Origin: Podarcis gaigeae
Lineage: Eukaryota
Assembly: GCA_964106915.2 (NCBI GenBank)
Contig: OZ066922.1
Strand: one strand, 5' to 3'
Length of the DNA stretch: 64,000 nt
Shown: positions 24,960-37,760 of the stretch, piece by piece
How the letters are laid out: every line of letters starts with the position of its first letter
Position numbering within the stretch: the first letter of the stretch is position 1
The notes under the pieces: model-generated
Seen by the model: the letters and a program-made list of their open reading frames with translations, nothing else
What the model was told of the DNA's origin: nothing
Database searches by the model: none
Made by a program: the position numbers and the translations under genes

Positions 24960-27900
24960 GTGGCACCATGGAAGGCATCTTGGCCAAGGGAAACCTATAA
25001 ACTGGAGATGGGGCTTCCTTCCATATATTTTAAAGGTGGCAGCTGCAGAAGATGCACTTGTGCACACTTCAGATGCAAAATGCCAACTACCAAAAATTGT
25101 TTAAAGGTATCCTTAGGAAAACCGGAATGTGGAATTTGCTCTTTATTGGAAGGACAGTGCCTATTCAGATATTAAGCTTTTCCTTAGATTTCATTCTGTC
25201 CATTTGTAGGAGCATAAATATTGTAAGCTTGCTTGTCTCTGTAGTAAAGTGTGAAGTGAGAAATCTAGCTTCTTCGTAAAGCAAAGCAAAGCTGCAGTAA
25301 AGGGAGGTTTCAGCAGTATAGTAAAGATGTCTACTGTATACTGAGCCAGTTTTTGAACAAAGATATCTTTCAGCCAAGAGTTTGGAAATGCATATTTTTG
25401 CAGCATGTAATGCCTGCCCATTTAAGAACCCTGGTCACTTTCCAAGAGCTTACAGCAATTAAGCTCACTGTCAGCCTCTGACATAGAAAACCAAATTTTC
25501 AACCTTGAGTAACTAGTTCTTCAAGGTAAATCTACAAGGTGCAGCTTAGACAACTATAGGTGCCCTATAGTGCATTACATCATTGTCGTTTTTATTCTCT
25601 GTGTTAACTGTTGGTCATTGTACAATCCAAAGAGCTGGAGTGCTAAGTAAATTGAAAATTAAGATAAAGATATCTACATTCATGTTATACACCCAGTTTC
25701 AGATACTGAGTCATCTTAGAAAGACTCCAGAATTTTGGCTTTGTAAATTTTTATGTTTCATTTCTTAAAAAAATTCCATATCATATATGAGAATGTGTAT
25801 TATGTCATTTCTTTAGTTTTTGGCCAACGACTCATTAAAATGTATTCCAAGTATAGTTACAGATATTCAATTATTTTAATGTAATACATGATAGTTTTCT
25901 GCATATTGAGCAAGATAGACAAGCAAACTTTGCAGCGTTCAGTTAGCTGCAATGTACAAAAATAATGGGAACCAAAAATTTATGCAACTCAATCATTTCG
26001 GATTTAGAAGCAGCTTTTGTATGTAGAGGTCTTTGGAAAGTATATATAGAAAACTGAATGTGAAATATTAGGATACGATGTGCGGATAATAGAGGGATAC
26101 ATGACTTCAGATCAAAATAGAACTGTGTTGTCTGACATTTTATCAAGATCATAGGATTATGCATTACAGGGAAGGAATGAGTGTACAAATTTGTAATCTT
26201 TGCAGCTTGCATGCATCACTGTTTAAGGTGGTTTTGCAACTGGCTTTTGGTGTGCACTGTTTCATTTTTTTACTGGCACTACTCTGTATTTTTAGAAGTT
26301 GTGATCCTTTAGGTTGCCATGAATGACCATGCAAAAAGCGTCCTTGTGCACCAGAAATGCAGCCTGAGTTTCTCATCCACTTGTTCCCCAAAATGGGCAG
26401 TTTTGTAGCTGGTTTGCACTGTATGATTTCTTAAAGCTGTGTCTGTAGGTGGCAGACTTCAAGATTAACTGTTTTTCTTGTAAATAGGTCTTATTTTGCT
26501 TCATCCATGCTACATGTACAGACAGATGATGAATTTTCAGGAATAGAAAAGGTTTACTGTCAGTTGAACATAGTGGACATAAAAAAAAATGAATGCTACT
26601 GTTAACATAATTGATGTCATTTCTTGTTGTCTTATGATTTTCCCCCACTGACCCATTGAATATTTAAATGCTGTCACCCAATTTATGAGCAACCCAATTT
26701 CGCTTTCCAAAATAAACTTACCTTTTGCCAGGGCTTGGTATGAGTGTTTGCAAAAGGTGCTTGTTAAACACTTACTTGTAGGACTGCAGAACTCAGGTCA
26801 GCTAGAACCCCAGATATAAGGGCTCATTCAAACCTTATCAAAATAGAGAGGTTAATGCCCTCATCCCACACAGGTCTTCCTGCAGTTTCCCCCATGGAAA
26901 CTTCCACAGAAAAGCCATTAATATTTGAAGTTCGTCAAAGTTACCAACATGTCCCTTAGACGCATTGACAGTGAAGGAATTCTGGCAAGTGATAAATAAC
27001 ACCCCACCTCTTCAGCAGCCAGTAACGTGGTGCTAAGATGGGGAGAAGCACAATGTGATGCTAAGCACTATGAAAAGATAAAGAATTGAATGCAGTATTG
27101 CCACACATGCACATATACCGATGGCAAACTAGAATCCACTATTGTGTCCAGCTTCAACATTGGTTCTAAGCATTGCCTGTTTCCCTACGTTTTAAGCTGA
27201 TGGATTTAAGATTATTTTCTTCCATATTGTTTTCAGTGGAACAAAATAAGCTTACATCCATGTACAGCTTAGTTGTCTGCCTAGCATTTACAAGATTCCC
27301 AGGATTTGGTAATAAGAATTTTTAAAATACCCTACACTGTATCCAATTATAATGCTTTTTTTTTTTAAAAAAAAAAAAGAGTAAATGGTGAGTATATTGG
27401 CTGTGCCTACAAAGAGAATAAAAGATGCTTGCTGTCAATGGATTTGACTACCACTACAAAGGATCTTATCTAGAAAAGAATCGAGCTGCAAGAAGTTTTG
27501 TGTAGCTACTGGATTGTGTTTTACTTGTAACCAACAATCCATTATAATTGCTTCACGGTCAACCTTCTGATTATTTGTACGACAAAGAGGCCTTTCATTT
27601 ATGTGTGAATAACTAAATCCGGTCCATCCGGATTTGTTTGACTTAAGCAGTGTTGGAATACTGTAGCTAGCTTTTCTGTTTTTTAAGTGGGCTTTTGCCC
27701 AGAGAAAATTAGAAGCCTGTTTGCACAAAGCATTGCTTGATTATGGATTGTTACAAAGGCTAAACAGAATGTAGGGCAAAGAGGAGACTCTCCACTGAGA
27801 AGAATAAATGCCTCCGTTAGCTGTGCATTTCCTCATTGATCATCACTCCACGGCATTTATTTCTTCAAGCCTCTCAAACAATACTTGCATCTCTTCCTTT

Positions 27901-28734
27901 TTTTACATCGTTGCTACAGTCTGATTTTATAATTGTGGTGCTTAATTCTTTTACATCAAAGGAATATGTCCAGCAATTGAATACATTTCAGTGCAACTGA
28001 AACTGCATGCATTGGTGGATAACGCTAACGCCTAATTTAATTACTTGCCTTTGTAGTAATGATGAATCTTCATGTAGAGCATTCTCACCATCCCTCCTTT
28101 ATTTAGCCCCAATAAAAGGTGGCTATTCCTCCATGTGCTTAGTCTGTGTGTGGAGGGATGGCAGGACTATTCCTGTTGACCATTGGAGCACCCCACTGAC
28201 CCTTCCCTCAGAACATGCATGTTCACAGCTGATGCATCCCCAAATGATCAAGGATCCCTGTAGCACCAGGCTGATAATCACATAAGCACCAATTTTGACT
28301 TGATATATGTTGAGGTAGGAGCAGTCATCCAGTCCTGCGCTTCCCCCTACCCCTCTCTATGTAATCACGTGAAATAGCACCTACAATGACCTGTTGTGCT
28401 AGATCATTTGTACTATATTTAGGCCTTCTTGCTGAAAACAAAGGAAAGGACTAATGCTTCACAAAGACAGTTATCTATAAAGATGGGTTATTCCCCCCCT
28501 CAGCTGATCCTGAAAGCACTTGAGGAACTTACTCGTTTTCCAGTTGGAACACTTGGTAAGGCTTGGTTTGGCCATTACTGTTCCCCATTCTCCCAAGACA
28601 AGAAACCTTTCCTTGGGTAAAGCAGGGGTGAGCCAAGTTGGTTTCTCAACAACCCATGGAGTAGATTACTGTTCAGAACCTGAAAAATGGATATTTGGAT
28701 CCTTTCCAACCTTGTTTACACTTCTGCCAAAGGG

Positions 28735-29760
28735 GAAATGTAACTCTGCTAGTCCTCCTGGACCTCTTGGCACTCATTGTCCTCATCAACCATAGTCTCC
28801 TTCTCAGGTCATCTGGCCAGAGTGAGACCCGAGGATGCAGTGCTATGGTAGTGCCAGTCCATTCCAAAGGGATGAGGACAAAAAGCAGAACTGGGGGACT
28901 TCACTCTATGGCCTTTGGCCTGCGAGGTGCCACAGGATTCCATTCAGTCCCACACTGACATAAAGCCCTGGGGAGAAATCATATGGAGGTTAGAGTTAAG
29001 TAGTCGTTGGTATGCTGATGACCTCTCATTGTAGAGAGTCTGTAGAAATCCTGAACAGAGGTTTGGAGTCAGTTTGGGGATGAATGAAGGCAAATGAGTT
29101 GAACATAAAGGTCCTGTAAGTCCTGTAAATCTGCTGATCTGGATAGAGTTATATGGCTAATGCTGGATAGGATTGTACTCCCACCAACCCACCCACCCCC
29201 TACACAACCAGGTGCACAGTTTAGAGGTTATCCTGGACTCAGCTCAAGGTTGGCTATGTTATGCTCCCAGTCATTTGAGTATTCAAGCAACCCAGCTTCA
29301 AATGCTCATTCCATCCCTAGTTTTCTAGTCCATTATTTTCCACAGAATTATTTCTTTGGAGCAGTTCTGAAGGTTATCCAATCCAGTGCCTTGAAGTACT
29401 GAGATACCAATCATATCCAAACATTCCTAATGAAGGAGACATTAAACAGTACTGTAAAAGACAGAGCTATATCATCTATGACCCATTAAGCCAAACACAA
29501 TCTGAGAGTTGGTCTTGCTCCCTATATGCTGATGCAGTCGTTGCAGTCACCAGGAGAACCATGTCTTATGGAGTCATGTCCCCAGGGTGGTGACATGGGC
29601 CTGGACTTTTAGTATGGAACTCCCTTCGGGAGGCTAACAGACAAGTACTTTTGAGATTTTGGTGCCTATTGGAGAGGTTTTTATTCTAGTAGGCATGCAG
29701 AGAAGGAGAATGCCCACCTGGTCATTATCAACTCTGGAGCAGTTTAATGATGATTTAATA
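28735..29760 (+). mobile_element. Degenerate L2-clade LINE fragment (RT region to 3' end); boundaries approximate
   Basis: LLVLLDL...INHSLLL (compare LLVLLDLSAAFDTIDH), plus GVPQ-like and tatgctgatgac (YADD) remnants. Confidence 0.6.
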
Positions 29761-30017
29761 GGTTTACATACTGAATTGAGATTTTATTATTGTTTGTTCC
29801 TTGCTTTTGAGGTTCTTTTCTGCAAATAAGATGATTTTTAAAATCACTTTATTATTTTTGTATTATTAATACACCTATCAGCTAAGTATGAGGACCCATC
29901 AAAGGAGTAAACGACCCTCCTAGTTACCTCTATTGTACATTAATTCAACCTATTGTGTAACCAATTTAATCTTTGTTGTTGTTTTCTTGCTAATTGTTTA
30001 AACTTTGTCATTTTTAG

Positions 30018-30084
30018 ACAGTTGACAGGCCGAAGGATTGGTATAAGACGATGTTCAAGCAAATACACATGGTTCACAAGCCTG
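30018..30084 (+). CDS. SORBS2: SORBS2 exon, 67 nt, SoHo domain: [22 protein letters not shown]
   Basis: tttttag|ACA...CCTG|gtatgt; identical to the recalled mammalian sequence. Confidence 0.98.
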
Positions 30085-31598
30085 GTATGTCCAACTTCCT
30101 CTCCTTGCTGTATTTTCATACATCTTGCTGTTTTGCTGTCAGATAATAATATATGCCAGTGGTCATTCAATAATAAAATACCAAGGTCCAGTGGGCACTT
30201 TAAGCCAAATAAGTATATTCAATACAGCTGGTGCATTTTTCTGTGGGGAAAACTTAAGGAATTCTCTAACAGAAATTAACATTTTAAAGAAGTACAGAAA
30301 AATAAGAGAGGTTACAATGAGTGTGTTAGGGAAACGAAGTAGCTCGGGGTTTTGTGTTCATCCCTTAGAATTAGCTTGGGAAGATTTTCATTGCTGTAAT
30401 CCTGCCAAGGCAACAAATCAAATAAAGAGCTCTTAATTTTTTTTCTTTCTTTTATAAATTCAACAAAGTTAATGATAAAATGATCCTAGCCTAGGTATGG
30501 AATCATTTGGTTCTCCTCTTGGTTTAGTTATTGTAAAAGGAGTCGCTTTGCGTAGTAAGTACTAAGAATAACATTTAATCCAAGAATAAAAGACAGTGAC
30601 TGCTCCAGGGTTATGAAGGGAGTTTCATGGCTGAGCAGGGAACTGATCAAATAACAATAATTTATTGATTAACCGAGCAATCCTGGAGGAGCAAAGGGGA
30701 GAGGGAACTAAAAGATGGACATGGCAGCCAAAATGGAAGCTGAGGGGAGCACTTTTGCTGGGCTTTTCAGCGCAGTGGATCACTATATTTTGTATCTACG
30801 CCCTCCCCACCATCACCAAAAGCACTGGAGAAATTAGCTTCATGGCTCCAGGTTAGCATAGATGAAAAGCCTAAATTCAGTCCCTCACAGGGAAACAAAA
30901 CATCCTTGGATCCAGCAGATCCATAGTTGATTCTGTTCCATTCTCATAATGCTCCACACACTGTGGCCATAGGTTTGCTATCACAAGCAAGAACACCAAA
31001 TGGGGGTAGCTTTCTATCCACCAAGCTTTCTGAGGGTACAGTAGGGAGCCTCCACAATCTCAGTCTATCCATCTCCACTACCAAAGGACAGATACCTAGG
31101 CCTTTTCCTAATTACACCCCCTCTGCAAACAGGCAATACCAGGAGGTCAGGATTGCCCTCTTAATCTACATATACATTACAATGGCACCATCTTCAAAAA
31201 AGCCTTTCCGGATGTGTGTGAAAGGTGATGCTGCCACCTGTTGCATTTGTAAATTCCTGTTTTAAAATAATTAACATAAAATCCCCACTGCAAATAAATC
31301 AGGGCCATATTTAAGTTGATTACATATTTGTTGTAGATTAACTAACGAATCAGCTAAATATTCCATACCTAACTGGAAGGGCCATAGCTCAGTGATAGAG
31401 CATATTGCTGTATTTCCCTCTCAAGTGACAGAACAGCTGTATGCAATCCAGGATTGGTAGCATTTGAGATAGACTCCTGAAGTATAAAGCTGGCTACAAT
31501 TTGCTTGTAGTTTTACAGTATTTGGGATAGTAGAGCTGCCTTGCTGTTCTAAGCGGACCAGTGTTGCACCACTATAACATTTATCTTTCTTTTTGTAG

Positions 31599-31643
31599 AT
31601 GATGACACAGACATGTATAATACTGCCTATGCATATAATACTG
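31599..31643 (+). CDS. SORBS2: SORBS2 45-nt cassette exon, phase 1-1: (D)DDTDMYNTAYAYNT(G)
   Basis: ttttgtag|ATGAT...CTG|gtagga. Confidence 0.95.
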
Positions 31644-33815
31644 GTAGGAATTATTCCTTCCCTTCATGAGTCTGTTCTCGTTAATTTTGGCGATTACCTA
31701 ACCTTGTAGGCCCATCCTTCTTGTGCTTGTGTAACTGCAGTTTTTATTGTTGTGTTGTGGGATCTCAGTGTATTGTTGTCATTTTGATATTTTCCTGACA
31801 CCTGAATGATTGTGTGTGAATTCTTTTTCCAGCCAAATAGCCCAAAATGTATTTTCAATGGTGACCTTCCAGTGCTTTGATTTTGTACTAATTTGGACAG
31901 ATTCTGGCTTTGTGAACAGTTTCAAAGCAGAGCTTGATTACTAGCATAACCTCCATCAACATGCATTGGGGATGATAAAGGTAGTAGCTGAGAATACTGC
32001 ATTCTATGCATAAAACATGGGAACAATCCAAAGTCATATATTTTTGTGTCTCATTAATTTTAATATGAGAGAGTTAACACTGAAATAAATAAATTCTGCT
32101 CAGGGCTAAACTATACATTATGCTAAAGGAGCAGGTGGGCAATTGTTATTTGGGCAATTGTTATATAACAACACACTGTCACATTTGGGTCAAAAATTGC
32201 CTGCTTTCTGGCCATGTAGCTAGGAAGCATAGGAAAAGCCCCCTGCACCTGTAATTAATTAAAATAAATCCAGAGCTGTATCTGCATGCTCTTCATTAAG
32301 TGTAATGTGTAGTTTGGCTCTCTGTTTCGTTTAATTTTCACTAGATCATCCCCTTTACCATGGGACAAAACATGAATCCAAAACTCAAGCTTCCACACTG
32401 TGCATTCCATTAAAGCTGTCAGCACGTTGCTTTTGCAACTGCTGGAAATTAAAATGAAATTGTCAATATAACAATAGAAAGTGACAGAACAGCGGTCGAA
32501 GGCTGCAAATTTCTGTAAAAATGTACATCAAGCCAAATAATTGTGAAAATATATCAGATGTACTTATTGATTAGAAAAACTCTTTAAAAATGTGTTATAC
32601 ATATTTGCAAAAATATGCAAAATGGTAATGCACCATAAAAATGCAACTTCCAATTTAAGTTCACATCACAATCTGCATAGATTCAATCTTCACTTGCAAA
32701 AAAATTACATTTATGTGATCTGCTTGGGTGACTGTCCAGAACTAATGCTGATAAATATTATATTACTAACCAGAAAGGCATTTTTACAAAATTAACAAAG
32801 GCATGCTTAAATTCAAGCATGTGTGTATTTCTTTTTCAGTTTTCTGCTAGCAAGCAACCACCAAGATAACAATGGCAGCCAGAAGTAAATTATCCCAACT
32901 GTGGCTATGCCTCAAGGCACTTCCAGATTTTAGAGAAATGGGAACAGAACCCTTTATCCATGTATCAAGTCCACCTAAGGCATGATAAACCACTTGCTTT
33001 GGACTGTAGAAATAGGGGTCCTGTCAAGTCATTGATATGGCCCTATACCCAGGTGGTGTGCTGCATTTCACTTGATGGTTTACAAGTTGTGCAAGCCATG
33101 CTTACCATGAATCAATATGGGACTTCTGGTACCAAAAACACTTCTTTTGATTGAACAATTGCCCAGAGGCACCCTTTTTCTTAACTTTTAGGAGTATGTT
33201 GTTTGCCTCAACTTGATCTACTCTTTTGAACCTGGCTCCAGTTGATAGAGCTCAGGGTTCTAGTAAAAATCAAAGTAGATCTGTCAAGCCTGAAGTCTGC
33301 CCATTCCAGTCAAGACCAGTCGTTGCAAGTTCCATTGAATTTAGTGGGATCTACTTCCAATAAATGTGTTTAGGGACTGAAATGTGTGTCGTTACATACC
33401 CTTCTCAAAGATAGGTCCACAAGTATCCTCTGTGTTGGGTATATGATGTGGAATCCAAGGTGGCGGCGTACAAGTGGATGACTCTTTTGTTCTCATCCTG
33501 GAAGCCGTGGTCTTTGGAAATCTGCCCTTCTTGCTGCAGCCTTCCACACCACATGCTAGTCTGTTCTAGAGGATGCCCTAGTCTCTAGGAGTCGATGTTT
33601 AGGGGCACAGGCTGTTGCAGAGGAAAAGAAGAAGCAAGAAAATTCCATTCTGTAAACTCTATGCCATTCATGGAACTGAGGATATAAGCCAAGAAAAACT
33701 ACCATTAAATTCACATTAATTTTTAAAAACCCATAATTGAATGTGGCATATATGTATTATATCAAGTGATGTTAATAGTTATATTATGGCTTTTTCTGTT
33801 TTGTCATTTTATTAG

Positions 33816-33993
33816 GTAACTTTAGCCCATCCTTTTCTGCTCAAGCACACCCTGCTGCAAGAACACAGACATACAGACCGCTGACGAAAAGTACTTCTGA
33901 CAATGGCACGGAGGCCTTTAAGGTCTCGTCCCCTGTACCTCCACCACCCCCAGCACCACCAATTCGCCCACGGCAACGATCTGCACCAGAGAA
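33816..33993 (+). CDS. SORBS2: SORBS2 exon, 178 nt: (G)[22 protein letters not shown]...[18 protein letters not shown](K)
   Basis: attag|GTAAC...GAGAA|gtaagc; matches recalled SAQSHPAAKTQTYRPL and the proline-rich motif. Confidence 0.95.
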
Positions 33994-34781
33994 GTAAGCC
34001 TTGCAGCCGTTTTGTAGCAGTCAATCTAGAAGCAGCAAATTCCATGAGGCATAATGTGAGAGGCATTATTTCAGGCTCTTTTAATATGTAAAGCACATAA
34101 GAAGTATTTTTATACTCACTGCAAGTGCTTTTACATAGAGTGTGCCTTGCTTCACCATAAATAACTTAACAATCTAAACTGCTCCACTCACACCACAAAG
34201 AGCTCATAACCCACCTACTCTCAGTAGCCAGAAACATCATAACCAGACACTGGTGAGACCTGTCAGGAGTAAGCATGGACCAAGGGTATCAAATAGTATG
34301 GGAAGCAGCCTTATTGGAAAAACTAACCAATAAATTTAAACTCACACAGGGACAAATAGAAGATGACGCCTTCATCTCGGTATGGCTCCTTTATCACATA
34401 CACAGCCCAACAAGACAACAACAAGAATCCCCCGACAGCATACAAATTTATTACGCTATTTTTGTGATACACAAACAACATGAGGAAACTTGGTATACTT
34501 GTTTGTATAACATTTTTCATGTTTATAAAAGCCAGTTTAAAAAAAAATCTAAACTGCTGCATTGCCTCTTGACTTTCAAATACCATAATGTCACTAATTA
34601 TGCTATTGCGAAGCATGGTTTTCCTTTCTATGAAATCTCTGCTTTTAGTGTCAGTTTTATTGTGATTTTACAAATGGCACATGGAGAAAGTAGGCTTGCA
34701 GTACCCACAAGACATTTTTTATATATGAATAGAGCTTGGTGGGAATGATTTAATTCAGTTGTCAACTTTATTTTATCTTAG

Positions 34782-34896
34782 AAATGAGTGGGACCCTCCG
34801 GATAGAAAAGTAGACACACGCAAATTCCGTTCAGAACCAAGGAGTATTTTTGAATACGAGCCAGGGAAGTCTTCTATCCTCGAACACGAGAGACCG
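34782..34896 (+). CDS. SORBS2: SORBS2 exon, 115 nt: (K)[38 protein letters not shown]
   Basis: tatcttag|AAATG...CCG|gtaagt. Confidence 0.98.
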
Positions 34897-36829
34897 GTAA
34901 GTGAAGTCGGTTTGTATTTAAACATGACAAATAGTTTAATGAGTTCATTTCTAGTCATAAAAGCTGACATAGTTTTAACGGATATCATTAGATGCTTTGA
35001 AAAGAAATGAAAAGTACTGAACTCTTCTTAAAGAGATTTGTTGTGGTGGTTGAAGGGTTCATGTTTTTTGGCTGAAATGTCGCAATTTTGGTTTGCTTGC
35101 CACATTTGACTACTTTGGATTTTTTTAAATGTTGGACTCAATCTGAAAAATGTTCTCGTTTGACTTGTCACATAGGTAAGCAGTCTTATAAGCTCCTAGT
35201 TGCAGAATGAATGTGGGGAGTTTGTCACCTTTGTAGCAATTTTACCAGCACATGTATAACATGAAAGTTGTTACACATTGGGGGGGGGGGGAATCCTTGT
35301 TCCTAGGCACTCCAGAAAAATTAAATCCACAAATGTGTTTTCATTATTTATGCTTAATGAGGTCTTCACAAATGATGGCTCAAAGCACACTAACTTGTGG
35401 CTAAATGTCTCTGTTGCATTTTTTAAGCTAGGGTTCATATAAAATTATTTAAAAGCATGTTTAATAAGGCTGATACTTGCAAAATTACCACTAATGTTCC
35501 TAGTAACTCTATGGCATACTCTGCTCATTGACTTTTATTGCATATGCGTAGTCTTGGGGGACGTGTGCTTTGCTCAAACGTACTAAAACACAATACTGTC
35601 CTTGCAAAAGTAACATCTTTTATACCTTTAGTGGACACAAAAGCAGTATCTTTCTTCATTACCCAGAAGGTGGTCTAGCTGAGCTGGCTTTAACCAGACC
35701 AGTACAATTTATGTTGCCTAACTTGGATACAGCAATTGTCTTTAAATACTCAGCATTTTTAGGGTTGATCTTTAGCATTCTAATATATCATTTTAGAAGT
35801 TGTAAATGATTTTATATTTCCACTGTTCAGGAATTAAAATACTGATCGATGTAGGTACCCAAATGCTGAATTTTACTTATGACATGTTACTTTGTGGCCA
35901 TTGCTTTTGAAGCCAAATTTTACCATAGCAGTTATATAGCATATAAACTGCACTGAATGGGTATGTCTTAATATTTCCCTGTCTTATCGGTTAAACCAGT
36001 TAGGGGGTAGTTTCCAGTTTTTATTTCTCAAGTATGATTAATAATGAAGGTTTCGGTGGGAATGTAGATTATTTGTCACAAATGCAAATAACTTGTATCA
36101 GCATATCATGCATGATGAAATTTTATATACATGCGGGATAAGTGTAACTTAATATTTGGGAAGAATTAAAGTTAACATTGGCCAATTCCGACCAGCCAAC
36201 GTTCACAATAATAGTGTGCCATTCTTTTTTTTTTTTAAGTGATGAATTAACTGTAATCATCACATCTATGGAAACTTCTGAAGGCCAAGCATAAAAACCT
36301 GACCCTATATTGATTTAAGAAAATGTCTGTGCTTTGCCTCCTATCAAGGACAGGCACATTGTGCAATCTGAAGGAAGTTGGGGTGAAATTATATGTTATG
36401 AGAAATACAAGATCGCTGCTGAAAATTACCATACTTCTGCTCTCTACAGTAACATGGAGAAATCAGTCAATTTCCAGTCTGTGTCAGTATTACATGTGCG
36501 TATTCATAAGTTCCATTTCTGCATTAATCCCTGCACCCCAAACAGCCCATTTGGGGAGTTTCTGCTGGTAATGGCAGAGCTCCCCCACTGGCAGAGCTGA
36601 ATGGAGGGAGCCTTCTGCCCTATCCAAATCCTCTCTAGGACAGCAGATTAGGGGTTTGGATTCCTCTCCTCTGCGCCACTTCAGAAACATTTGTAATTAA
36701 AACATTCTCAAATTACTATCCTCGTCTGGTATTCAACTTCTGCAGTAGAAATATCATGGAGCAAAAAACCCACCCAATACAAATAACTCTGCATATTGAA
36801 ATGTTTCACAAATGCACCCTTGTTTAGTA

Positions 36830-37079
36830 CAGTGGAACCTCGGCTCCTGAACATCTTGGGAGCCAAACGTTCTGGCTCTGGGATGAAGAAAAACCAGAAG
36901 TAATTGTTCAGTTCTTGAACGTTCTTTGGAAGCCAAATGCCCGGCGCGGCTTCCGCAGCTTCTAATTGACTGCCGGAAGCTGCTGCAGCCAATCAGAAGC
37001 CGTGCCTTGGTCCCTGAACTGTTTTGGGAATCGAACAGACTCCCAGAACAGATTAAGTTTGGGAACCAAGGTTTCACTG
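36830..37079. mobile_element. Tc1/mariner (pogo/Tigger-like) MITE, 250 bp
   Basis: TA|CAGTGGAACCTCGG...CCAAGGTTTCACTG|TA. Confidence 0.88.
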
Positions 37080-37671
37080 TAATGCCTAGCAAATCCTAAA
37101 TTAATTCACTTTATTTTTTACCAGATTTCCCCCTTGGAATAAAGCTTTAGTTATGTGAGATTCATCATTGATGTAATCTAAATATAACCATCTCCCCAAA
37201 CCCTGCTTGCACTTGTAGCTGGCACTGATTGCCGAGGACTCCAATTCACGTTGTGACAAATTGAGTAAGTTTGTTTCTAAATGTTCAAAGGGAGCTGCAA
37301 AACGCTAAATGTTTCAAAGAACTTTGGAGGTCTGGATCTTAAACGGCAGCTGTGGTGTTCTGACAATCGCTTCCTTTTGAACAGACTCTAAATCAATTAG
37401 CACAGAGCCAAGTTGTTAATGTAACATTAATTTTGAAGTCTTCACTGTACAACTGATGTTAATTGTAAAACAGTTCATTTGCATAAAGTAATAGGCAATG
37501 CCTTTTTGTGTCAGAGCTGCAAAATTTGTGGACAAAAGAAATGCAATCTACAGAGTGCACTATAATTGGGACTTTGCCTTTTTATAGCATGTTCATGAAG
37601 TGGGAAATTAATTCCCATTACCTGAGGCTGTAACGCGAATTGAAATCTAATATGGAGAGAATGGGCATAAA

Positions 37672-37718
37672 TGTGTGTGTGTGTGTGTGTGTGTACACAC
37701 ACACACACAGAGAGAGAG

Positions 37719-37756
<38 letters not shown>
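37672..37756. repeat. Compound microsatellite (TG)n(AC)n(AG)n
   Basis: Direct inspection. Confidence 0.95.

Positions 37757-37760
<4 letters not shown>

Noticed and set aside
31378-31410. tRNA-like gggccatagctcagtgatagagca, also at 47929
   Set aside because: SINE heads; no complete cloverleaf
34275-34748. 157-aa intronic ORF and its antisense partner
   Set aside because: No recognisable domain; AT-rich intron; likely chance
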